Source of the DNA: Candidatus Gastranaerophilales bacterium
GTDB taxonomy: Bacteria; Cyanobacteriota; Vampirovibrionia; Gastranaerophilales; Gastranaerophilaceae
Reading direction: 5' to 3'
DNA length: 64,000 nucleotides
Assembly (NCBI GenBank): GCA_910587815.1
Contig: CAJUNK010000013.1
Location: forward strand, 11,481 to 75,480
Shown here: one piece after another, positions 26,563-34,198 of the stretch
Layout: each line of letters begins with the position of its first letter
How positions within the stretch are numbered: position 1 is the stretch's first letter
Notes under the pieces: generated by a model
What the model was told of the DNA's origin: nothing
The model's input: the letters and a program-made list of their open reading frames with translations, nothing else
Database searches by the model: none
Made by a program: the position numbers and the translations under genes

Positions 26563-26892
26563 ATGAAATTTAATCAAACATTAAAAAATGAAATAAAAAA
26601 AGAAGATTTTAATTACTGTTACAACAACTGGCAGAAGTTTATTGCATTAAATGAACAAGAAAAAAATAATCTAGATAAAATCAACGAGTATATTTCAAGC
26701 CTTATAAAGCTAAAAAAGATAAAGGACGGAAGGCTTAAAGCTATACATAATATAACAAAAAATGTTTTTTATACTTCGCGAAGCGAATGTGCAAATAAAT
26801 TAGGCGTAACTGTCGGATGGATTACACGATGCATAAATGAGGGCTGGAAAGCTAAAGGGTGTAAATTAGCGGAGGTGTACTATGGCAGATAA
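26563..26892 (+). CDS. small DNA-binding-like protein (NUMOD1/homing-endonuclease-type HTH at the C-terminus)
   Basis: VFYTSRSECANKLGVTVGWITRCINEGWKAKGCKL resembles nuclease-associated modular DNA-binding domains. Inserted between F and G, which as I recall are adjacent in Mu. Confidence 0.55.
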   Translation: MKFNQTLKNEIKKEDFNYCYNNWQKFIALNEQEKNNLDKINEYISSLIKLKKIKDGRLKAIHNITKNVFYTSRSECANKLGVTVGWITRCINEGWKAKGCKLAEVYYGR

Positions 26893-27367
26893 GTTTTTTA
26901 AGGCGAGTTTTGATTGCAAGAATGTAGTTGATTTTTTAAAGAAAAAGGTGGAACAATTTAAAGATTTAAGCCCTTTAATGAAAGTTGCCCGGGTTTTTCT
27001 TAAAAATACTGTTAATAAAAACTTTGAAACAGAAGGCACTCATACAGGTGAAAAATGGCCTGAATGGAGTGAAGAATATAAAAAATGGCGTCTAAAACAC
27101 GGCAAATCAGGCGGGAAGATTATGACGCTTGACGGTCATTTGAGGCGGGATATCAGGGCAAAATCCGGCAAGGATTTTGCAATGGTTGGAACAAATAAAG
27201 TTTATGCAGCACTGCATAATTTTGGCGGTAACGGCAGCTTGAAACGTAATAAAACAATGAAAAAGCGTGAATTTATGCGAATGGATGATGTCAGAAAAGA
27301 CGAACTTTGGGCAGAACTTTACATAAAGGCGGAAGAAATGCTTATGGAAGGTGCACCTGGCAAATAG
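26882..27367 (+). CDS. virion morphogenesis protein (Mu gpG-like)
   Basis: LMKVARVFLKNTVNKNFETEG...GEKWPEWSEEYKKWR...NKVYAALHNFGG follows the gpG family pattern. Confidence 0.75.
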   Translation: MADKFFKASFDCKNVVDFLKKKVEQFKDLSPLMKVARVFLKNTVNKNFETEGTHTGEKWPEWSEEYKKWRLKHGKSGGKIMTLDGHLRRDIRAKSGKDFAMVGTNKVYAALHNFGGNGSLKRNKTMKKREFMRMDDVRKDELWAELYIKAEEMLMEGAPGK

Positions 27368-27458
27368 CTTGTTTTGCCAAAAATGTACCAGCTTTGTGAG
27401 CAAAATTGTACATTGACAATTTCATATTTATATATTTTGTGGTCATTTTCTCCTTAAT

Positions 27459-27485
27459 AAATGGGCAGAATTTCTCTGCCCATTT
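27459..27485. terminator. bidirectional terminator between convergent genes
   Basis: Perfect 11-bp stem AAATGGGCAGA-ATTTC-TCTGCCCATTT. Confidence 0.6.
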
Positions 27486-28030
27486 TACCTGATTTCTATA
27501 TCTGAAACCTTCCAAATATTACCTTCTTTTTCAAATGTCCTAATATAACAAGGTTTGTCATTATCGCTGCAAAAACTTTGCTTGATTTTATTCTTTGATA
27601 TCTTTTCAACTTTTAATGTTTTAGCGCTAATGGGTTTATCGGTAAATGTAAGATAGAAAATTTTAAGTTTAGAAGTTTTTGCCACCTTCTCATCTCTTGT
27701 TTCGTATTCTTTAATTAGTTCTTTTTTATATGTTAATGGCAAAGTTTCCTTCAAGTTTGCAAGTAAATTAGCTTTTGCAGCAATTAAAAACGGGTTGCCT
27801 TCATCATCCATTTCACTGTCAGCTCTCATCAAAGCATATTCAACCATTTTATTAATATTATGAAATTCAAGTGCAGTTTTAGAATCAAGATTTTTATTTG
27901 CCATTGTAAGCATATAAGCAGAATATCTCGGTGATGTTCTAAAATCTATATATAGAATGAAAATTGCAATAATAAAAAATAAACCAATTCCTACCGATAT
28001 AAATAAAGTAATTTTCACACCTTTATTCAT
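27485..28030 (-). CDS. membrane-anchored protein co-transcribed with the repressor (lysogeny-expressed accessory gene)
   Basis: 181 aa with an N-terminal TM helix (ITLFISVGIGLFFIIAIFILYI). Starts 14 nt after the repressor stop, with an AAAGG RBS. Confidence 0.6.
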   Translation of the reverse strand: MNKGVKITLFISVGIGLFFIIAIFILYIDFRTSPRYSAYMLTMANKNLDSKTALEFHNINKMVEYALMRADSEMDDEGNPFLIAAKANLLANLKETLPLTYKKELIKEYETRDEKVAKTSKLKIFYLTFTDKPISAKTLKVEKISKNKIKQSFCSDNDKPCYIRTFEKEGNIWKVSDIEIR

Positions 28031-28044
28031 TTTGTAACCTTTCT

Positions 28045-28704
28045 TTATAAACCTCTGCTTAAATTTTTAATTACTCTGCCTTTTATATTAACTACGGTGC
28101 CACTATCATATTTAATAATTTCTGTTTCATATTTATTATTGTCTGAAATTATTTCAAGGTTACCATCAAACCTCAATCGTAATCTTTTTATAAACCAATC
28201 GCCAAACTTTTCAATGACAAAGACGCCACCGTTATTAAAATTACAATCTCCAAAATTTACAAGTACATCATCACCGCTAAATATTGTAGGCTCCATGCTA
28301 TCACCCGTTGCCGTAAAAACTTTTAGATTACTATGATTCCCGACCCTAAATATATTTTGAATTAATTTTTTGCCAAGGGTAATTGGTGTAACCTCCGCTT
28401 CATCTAAAACAACAGTACCAATGCCGCAACTTGGAGTTATGTGCACACGCTCGAGAGTGATACAATCTTCATCCTTGTTGCTAAAGGGGGTGCCTTCGCC
28501 TGTTAAAAGCCATTTGAAATCAACATTGTAATATTTAGAAATTTCTAATGCTAAAGATGACGATATTGATTTCACTTTTCCAGAGCGAATTTCGGAAAAT
28601 TTAGAAGGACTAACCTTTAAGGACTTAGCAAATTCGTATTCTGAGATTCCAGGTTTAACCTGATTGTTTTCAAGTATATATGCTATTCTTTCGATTAGTT
28701 CCAT
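28045..28704 (-). CDS. prophage repressor, HTH-XRE plus S24 (LexA/CI-like) autopeptidase domain
   Basis: N-terminal HTH (EYEFAKSLKVSPSKFSEIRSGK), GDSMEPTI serine motif and downstream FIKRL lysine. Confidence 0.85.
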   Translation of the reverse strand: MELIERIAYILENNQVKPGISEYEFAKSLKVSPSKFSEIRSGKVKSISSSLALEISKYYNVDFKWLLTGEGTPFSNKDEDCITLERVHITPSCGIGTVVLDEAEVTPITLGKKLIQNIFRVGNHSNLKVFTATGDSMEPTIFSGDDVLVNFGDCNFNNGGVFVIEKFGDWFIKRLRLRFDGNLEIISDNNKYETEIIKYDSGTVVNIKGRVIKNLSRGL

Positions 28705-28723
28705 TTTTCTGGCTATTTATGTA

Positions 28724-28762
28724 TAAATTTCTATTGACATTATATAGAAATTTCTATATAAT
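28724..28762 (+). promoter_or_regulatory. early promoter (TTGACA-17 nt-TATAAT) with an embedded 20-bp palindromic operator
   Basis: TTGACA 28734-28739, TATAAT 28757-28762. Perfect palindrome TATATAGAAATTTCTATATA at 28741-28760. An extra half-site, AAATTTCTAT, is at 28725-28734. Confidence 0.65.
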
Positions 28763-28804
28763 TATTTCATAAGTTTAATTTTTAACTTGTTTAAAGGTAA
28801 AAAA

Positions 28805-29017
28805 ATGGTAACACAAACAAAAATTAAATCCGACAGAAACTTAAAAAATATTAAGCGGGCCTATGAAATTAAATATCGCTTAAAAATTGCCGGTCTTACA
28901 CAAAGAGACATTAAAAAAGCTTTGAATATTTCTGATACTGCCGTATATAGGGCAATTTTCGGATTATCAAAAATAAGCCGGGTCGATAGATGGCTTAAAG
29001 AAAATTTGGGGGTGTAG
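28805..29017 (+). CDS. Ner/Cro-like small DNA-binding protein
   Basis: 70 aa from ATG 28805 (AAGG RBS). HTH: GLTQRDIKKALNISDTAVYRAI. First gene of the early operon, divergent from the repressor. Confidence 0.6.
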   Translation: MVTQTKIKSDRNLKNIKRAYEIKYRLKIAGLTQRDIKKALNISDTAVYRAIFGLSKISRVDRWLKENLGV

Positions 29018-29018
29018 A

Positions 29019-29162
29019 ATGACGGAAATTTTTTGTTATTTTTTAAGCCTATATTTGCTTTGGGGTTTTTCACTTAAATTTAAATCTTTTGCATTAGTTA
29101 TAATTGCAGGATTCTTTTATTTTTATTTTACAGAAGCAATTTTGGAGATTTTCTTTAAATAA
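29019..29162 (+). CDS. 47-aa hydrophobic peptide translationally coupled to the transposase
   Basis: Below the track's apparent size limit. MTEIFCYFLSLYLLWGFSLKFKSFALVIIAGFFYFYFTEAILEIFFK. The ATG is 1 nt after the ner-like stop, and the stop overlaps the transposase start (TAATG). Confidence 0.4.
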   Translation: MTEIFCYFLSLYLLWGFSLKFKSFALVIIAGFFYFYFTEAILEIFFK

Positions 29163-31096
29163 TGATTCAGAATGTTTCAAAAACTTCATATTTAAGTATA
29201 AAAGAAATTGCTGAATTTACGGGAGTTTCTACAGAAACTTTAAAAAAGCGCTGCCAAAGGAGTCGTTACACGTATAAGCTTTCACAAAACAAACTTGGGG
29301 GCGGTAAGTCCGGGCAGAAATACGAAATTCTTGTTTCATCTTTAGAAAAAGAACTTCAAGAAAAAATTTACTCTACGGATACTAAATATGGTGATAGGCA
29401 GGAGGGCTTATCTTGTCTTCCTGCATTTTCTTTAAATCAAGAAGCTGTAATCCCTGATTCAGCTAAAAAAATTGCTCTTGCAAAAGTGGATGTTCTTTCG
29501 CTTTGGCAGGATTATAGAATTAATTATAGTAACAAAAAACAAGCTGATAATGATTTTGTTATGGGGTTTAATTCAGGAATTATTTCAAACCCTTTGTTTA
29601 ATATCTTGGACAAGGTTTCAAAAGGCAGCCTTTACAGGTGGCAAAAAACATTGTCTGAAAACAACGGTGATTATACTGCATTAATTAATAACTATAATTA
29701 TAAAGGTGAATCTATCTTAACAAATTCTCTAACGGATGAAGAAAAGCTTGCCTTTATTAATATATATTATAACGATGCCAAATTTAATTTAAAAAGCGCA
29801 TATAATATTTTAAAATTTCAGTTTGAAAAAGACGGTAAAGCAGTAAAATCAGAGGCTACATATAGGCGCTTTATAAACTTTATACAAAAAAATCATAATG
29901 ATGTCCATATTTTAGCGAGAGACGGAGAAAAGAAGCTTAAAGACACTGTAGCTCCTTATTTAAGGCGTGATTTATCTTCTATAGGTGTAGGTGATGCGCT
30001 TGTAGCTGATGGTAACAAACTTGATTTTCAGGTGTTAAATCCTTTTACCGGGAAACCCTGCCGTGCTATATGGATTGTATTTTATGATTGGATTTCAAAG
30101 GATGTTGCCGGTTCTGAAATTATGCTTACAGAGAATACACAAGCAATATCTTCAGCTTTAAGGAATGCTATTTTAAGACTTGGGAAAATTCCAAAGTATG
30201 TGTACTTGGATAACGGCGGGGCCTTCAAGAGCCAATATTTTACCGGTGTTAAAAACTTTAAAGAAACCGGACTTCAAGGTGTTTATCAAAATCTTGGCAT
30301 TACGGTTAAATTTGCCCAACCCTATAATGGCAGGGCCAAAGTTGTTGAAAGATTTTTCGGTGAATTTGTAAAATCCTGTCCACCGGCAGTTTCATCGTAT
30401 ATTGGGAATTCTATTGAAAATCGTCCGGCACATTTGAGGCGTAATGAGGAATTTCATAAAAATCTGCATCAAAATGATAAAATTCCAACCATTGAACAAG
30501 CAAAAATGATTATCGAATCCTGGCTTGAATATTATCGTACCCGTCCTTGTAAACACGTTAAAGGTAGAACTATAGGCGAAGCTTTTAATGATGCCCGGGG
30601 TACCGGTGTGGATATCGACATGCTTGATGAATTAATGATGTCGTCTGAAATTAGAACCGCCCGCCGCAATACTATACGGATGTTCAACCAGGAATATGAA
30701 ACAACTGCTTTGTATGGCAAAACCGGTAAATTTGTTGTTAAATACAGCCTTTTTGATATTTCAAAAATTAAAATTTATTCCCTTAAAGGCGAGTATATAG
30801 GGGAAGCTAAAACCGTTGTTCCTGTTAACGCACTTGCAAGAGAAACGGGCAGTACGTTTGATATTTATACATATAGGCGCAAATTAAAAGAACAAAAGGC
30901 GCTTATTGATTCAACTAAAAAGAAAACAAAAGCTTTAATAAATGCTTCAAATCCTATTAATGCGTTTAATTCTATTGAATGGGCGCAGGAAAAAACCGTG
31001 CCCATAAAAAATAGACAATCAAAACGCAAACTTGAAATAACTATATATGAAGATTTGCACAAAGTGCAAATTGAAAAGAGAAGGATAGAAATGTGA
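29162..31096 (+). CDS. Mu-type DDE transposase (MuA-like)
   Basis: 644 aa. N-terminal HTH (LSIKEIAEFTGVSTETLKKR) and an rve-type core (VADGNKLD...YLDNGGAFKS...KVVERFFGEF). Confidence 0.9.
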   Translation: MIQNVSKTSYLSIKEIAEFTGVSTETLKKRCQRSRYTYKLSQNKLGGGKSGQKYEILVSSLEKELQEKIYSTDTKYGDRQEGLSCLPAFSLNQEAVIPDSAKKIALAKVDVLSLWQDYRINYSNKKQADNDFVMGFNSGIISNPLFNILDKVSKGSLYRWQKTLSENNGDYTALINNYNYKGESILTNSLTDEEKLAFINIYYNDAKFNLKSAYNILKFQFEKDGKAVKSEATYRRFINFIQKNHNDVHILARDGEKKLKDTVAPYLRRDLSSIGVGDALVADGNKLDFQVLNPFTGKPCRAIWIVFYDWISKDVAGSEIMLTENTQAISSALRNAILRLGKIPKYVYLDNGGAFKSQYFTGVKNFKETGLQGVYQNLGITVKFAQPYNGRAKVVERFFGEFVKSCPPAVSSYIGNSIENRPAHLRRNEEFHKNLHQNDKIPTIEQAKMIIESWLEYYRTRPCKHVKGRTIGEAFNDARGTGVDIDMLDELMMSSEIRTARRNTIRMFNQEYETTALYGKTGKFVVKYSLFDISKIKIYSLKGEYIGEAKTVVPVNALARETGSTFDIYTYRRKLKEQKALIDSTKKKTKALINASNPINAFNSIEWAQEKTVPIKNRQSKRKLEITIYEDLHKVQIEKRRIEM

Positions 31097-31103
31097 GGTT
31101 AAA

Positions 31104-32033
31104 ATGACAGAATTAATGGAAGTAAAATTTAACAAAGAAATTCAAAACAGTATTAAACAGCTAATTGATGAAAAGAAACTCAATCTTTCAACTATTGCAA
31201 AAGGCGTAAACAAATCCCCATCAACCCTTAGTTTGTATATTTCAGGAAAATACACTGGGGATGTGGTGGCACTTGAGGATGATTTAAAAAATTATTTAAG
31301 CCTGTTTAGTAAAAAAGAAAATACCGAAAACAAAACCCTTGATTTTGTCGAAACAACGATTGCAAAAAGACTGTTCCATGCTGCAAATATGTGTCAACTA
31401 AAGGGTAAAATGGGTGTATGTTATGGAACTCCGGGAATTGGTAAAACAACAGCTATCAACGAATACAAAAAAACATCTTCAGGTGTTATTGTGGTCGACC
31501 CTTTTGAACAGTCAAGTGCCAGAGAAGTTTTAAAACAAATAGCAAATCACCTCAAATTAAGTTACTTAAATAATACAAGCCTCGATGAATTTACTTCAAA
31601 CGTAATTAAAAAGCTTGAAAAGAACAAGTACATAATCATTATTGATGAGGCTGAAAACCTGAAAATAGAGGTTTTTAAAACCATTAGAAAAATTCACGAC
31701 AGAACAAAAAATAATTGTGGTGTTTTATTTGTTGGTACAGATGAATTACGCGCACTTTTGCAAAAGGTACAAAGTGGATTTCCATATATTTCAAGCCGAA
31801 TAGGGTATCTTGAGAAACTTGATGCGCTTAAAATGAACGACATTGAAAAACTTGTGCATCAATATTTTCCATCTTGTAACGATAGGTTAGTTCAATATAT
31901 TGCCATATCAACAAATTATAATGCCCGTTCAATTCAGAACCTGTTAGACCTTTGTTTTGATTTTGTAAAATCCGAAAACATTGAACTTGATATCGATGTA
32001 ATTGATGCTGCAAGGGAGAAGCTTTTAATATGA
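31104..32033 (+). CDS. MuB-like AAA+ ATPase, transposition target-capture protein
   Basis: N-terminal HTH, Walker A GTPGIGKT, Walker B IIIIDEAE. Confidence 0.85.
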   Translation: MTELMEVKFNKEIQNSIKQLIDEKKLNLSTIAKGVNKSPSTLSLYISGKYTGDVVALEDDLKNYLSLFSKKENTENKTLDFVETTIAKRLFHAANMCQLKGKMGVCYGTPGIGKTTAINEYKKTSSGVIVVDPFEQSSAREVLKQIANHLKLSYLNNTSLDEFTSNVIKKLEKNKYIIIIDEAENLKIEVFKTIRKIHDRTKNNCGVLFVGTDELRALLQKVQSGFPYISSRIGYLEKLDALKMNDIEKLVHQYFPSCNDRLVQYIAISTNYNARSIQNLLDLCFDFVKSENIELDIDVIDAAREKLLI

Positions 32034-32494
32034 TGAAAAGCACGCCAAAACAACGTCAATTTATAGGTTTTCTAAGGAAACAGTTAAATATAGATACTGA
32101 AACATATTTAGATATTTTGCAAAGCTATGGTGTAGATTCTAGCAAAGATTTAACCAGGGGCCAAGCTGAAGAATTACTCCAAAGCCTCAAATGCAAAGCT
32201 GCAGAAATTGGAGCATATAAGTCAAAAACAGGCAGCCACTACACTAAATACAATAACATGTCTGGCAGATACGGAATGGGAACACCGGCACAACTTCGAA
32301 AAATCGATGCTATGTGGAAAAATATTTCAAATCAGCCTACAGATACAGCTAAGGAAAAGGCTTTAAATTCATTCATAGAAAGAATTACAGGCAAAAAAAG
32401 ATTAAGCTTTTTAACTCAAAATGAAATAAGCAAGGTTATAAAAGCTATTCAGGTTATGGAACAAAATCAGAAGGAGAAGATTAAAAATGGCTAA
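32030..32494 (+). CDS. GemA / Mu gp16-like protein (DUF1018)
   Basis: KQRQFIGFLRKQLNIDTETYLDILQ...LTRGQAEELLQSL...PAQLRKIDAMW follows the DUF1018 pattern. Confidence 0.7.
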   Translation: MMKSTPKQRQFIGFLRKQLNIDTETYLDILQSYGVDSSKDLTRGQAEELLQSLKCKAAEIGAYKSKTGSHYTKYNNMSGRYGMGTPAQLRKIDAMWKNISNQPTDTAKEKALNSFIERITGKKRLSFLTQNEISKVIKAIQVMEQNQKEKIKNG

Positions 32495-32981
32495 GAAAAA
32501 GGAAAGTGTATTAAAGTCATGGGATGAAGTGGATAAATCACTTAAAAAACTAGGTGAGCTGGAAATTCAAAAAACCAAGTTGGATGGTGAATTAACCATA
32601 AAAATTAATGAATTGAAGGAAGAATATTCAACCAAAGGTGTTGCTATAAAGAAAGAAGCCGAGGATATCAAAAAAGAAATTAGCCGTTTTTGTGAACAGA
32701 ATAAGGATTCCTTTGTCAACAAACGAAACAAAAAGCTTAATTTTGGAACCTTGTCATACAAAATAACAAAAAAAGTCCTTTGCCCCTGTGTTGCAACTGT
32801 TATTAAGGCAATAAAGGCGCTTAATTTAGACTTTTGTTTAAGAATTAAGGAAGAAATCGAAAAAGATAAGTTAAAGGAACTGGATGCAAACACTTTAACA
32901 AAAATCGGTGTATCAATAATCAAGGAAGACAAGCTTTCAATCGAGCCCAATATGGCAGAAATTGCGGCATTAATCAGCTAG
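32487..32981 (+). CDS. host-nuclease inhibitor Gam-like protein
   Basis: SWDEVDKSLKKLGELEIQKTKLDGELTIKINELKEEY is the Mu Gam family N-terminal pattern. Confidence 0.7.
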   Translation: MAKKKESVLKSWDEVDKSLKKLGELEIQKTKLDGELTIKINELKEEYSTKGVAIKKEAEDIKKEISRFCEQNKDSFVNKRNKKLNFGTLSYKITKKVLCPCVATVIKAIKALNLDFCLRIKEEIEKDKLKELDANTLTKIGVSIIKEDKLSIEPNMAEIAALIS

Positions 32982-32989
32982 GAGGGAAA

Positions 32990-33358
32990 ATGACAATAAT
33001 TAAATGTGGAGGTATTGAAGTCGACACCGAAAAGCTAACTGTAGATGATATGCCAACAGAAGTTTTTAGAGAAATTTTTGAATTATGTGGCGTAAATGTC
33101 GCTATGGAATTGCTTCTTAATATGCCTGGTAATATCATTCAGGTTCCTGCTCGCGGTTTGGCTAACATAGAAAAGAGACTTATACTACAGGCATTTGAAA
33201 AATTTCCACCAACCACAGCTTTAATACGGCGTCTTTGCAGGGATTTTAAAACAAGTGAATGGTATATAAGGGACCTTTTGGTGCAAAACAAAAAGCAAGT
33301 ACCCTGCGATGGGCAAGGACACTTGGATTTTATAAATAGTGAAGGAGAAGTACAGTGA
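32990..33358 (+). CDS. Mor-family transcriptional activator
   Basis: FREIFELCGVNVAMELLLNMPGNIIQVPA is Mor-like, with a C-terminal HTH. Confidence 0.65.
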   Translation: MTIIKCGGIEVDTEKLTVDDMPTEVFREIFELCGVNVAMELLLNMPGNIIQVPARGLANIEKRLILQAFEKFPPTTALIRRLCRDFKTSEWYIRDLLVQNKKQVPCDGQGHLDFINSEGEVQ

Positions 33359-33621
33359 TAATATTTGGAATTATTTTATTAATCCTATTAATTGCAACAT
33401 TAAAATATCTAAATTATACAAATAAACTTGTGAAAAACATGGGTTATTATGTATTTTGCCCGCAAGGCAGAGAGCCAAGGGTTGTCCATTGGTCTTTTGA
33501 AACTGCCTACAGGGAAGCTGTAAGATTACATTTTAAACATCCATATAACGATTTTTTAATTTTAAAAATTGAACACTTGATACGCAAACAAAATATCAAT
33601 GATGACGAAATTCCATTTTAA
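33355..33621 (+). CDS. small membrane-anchored protein, last early gene
   Basis: 88 aa, GTG start overlapping the Mor stop, N-terminal TM helix. Confidence 0.45.
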   Translation: MIIFGIILLILLIATLKYLNYTNKLVKNMGYYVFCPQGREPRVVHWSFETAYREAVRLHFKHPYNDFLILKIEHLIRKQNINDDEIPF

Positions 33622-33642
33622 AACCTAAATACCTTTTAACTT

Positions 33643-33680
33643 AAGACGGATGATAAAATCGGATTCCGTCTTTTCTTTTT
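33643..33680 (+). terminator. rho-independent terminator of the early operon
   Basis: AAGACGGA-14 nt-TCCGTCTT followed by TTCTTTTT. Confidence 0.6.
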
Positions 33681-34104
33681 AGTTTAATAAACAATTTGTT
33701 GTGTATTTTGATATATAAAGTATATATTTTTAAGAATGAATTTTGTCCCTCACCTGTCCCCCACCACCTTTTATTTTTGTTTTGAATTTAATAAAATTAT
33801 CTTTGAAAATTGTGTAGAAAATAACTTAGTTTTTACTTTTTTTAAAAAATTAAAACCTATTTTAAAATTCTTTTAAAAGTTTTTAAATTGCATATTTCGG
33901 ACATAAATTCTAAGGAAAATTTAAAACTTTTTTAAAATCTTTTTAAAAAGTTCTTAAAAATTTAAAACATTGATTTTTAAGAAAAATGCATATTTCCCAA
34001 CTTGTCCCCCAGTATTTTTAATTATTTTTGTAAAAATCTTGAAAATCCCTGTAAATATTGAGTAAAAACCCTGTAATTTTTCTGTAAAAAAATGGTAAAA
34101 ACTG

Positions 34105-34198
34105 AAAAAATTCTCAAACCTCAAAACACCCCTAAAACTCCTATTGTATAAGCAATTTACCCCATTTTAAAAATTCTCAAACTTCCAGTCTCTTCACA
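34105..34198. repeat. early-end terminal inverted repeat with spaced end repeats
   Basis: AAAAAATTCTCAAACCTC (34105-34122) and AAAAATTCTCAAACTTCC-AGTCTCTTCACA (34169-34198). These are the reverse complements of the late-end repeats. Confidence 0.7.

Larger units (their letters stand above)
2816..34198. mobile_element. Mu-like transposable prophage, 31,383 bp, apparently complete
   Basis: Starts 5'-TGT and ends ACA-3'. 19/25 terminal inverted repeat identity, 5-bp TSD, MuA-type DDE transposase, MuB AAA+ ATPase, GemA, Gam, Mor, Mu-type portal/F/G/I, and a P2/Mu-type contractile tail. Confidence 0.9.
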
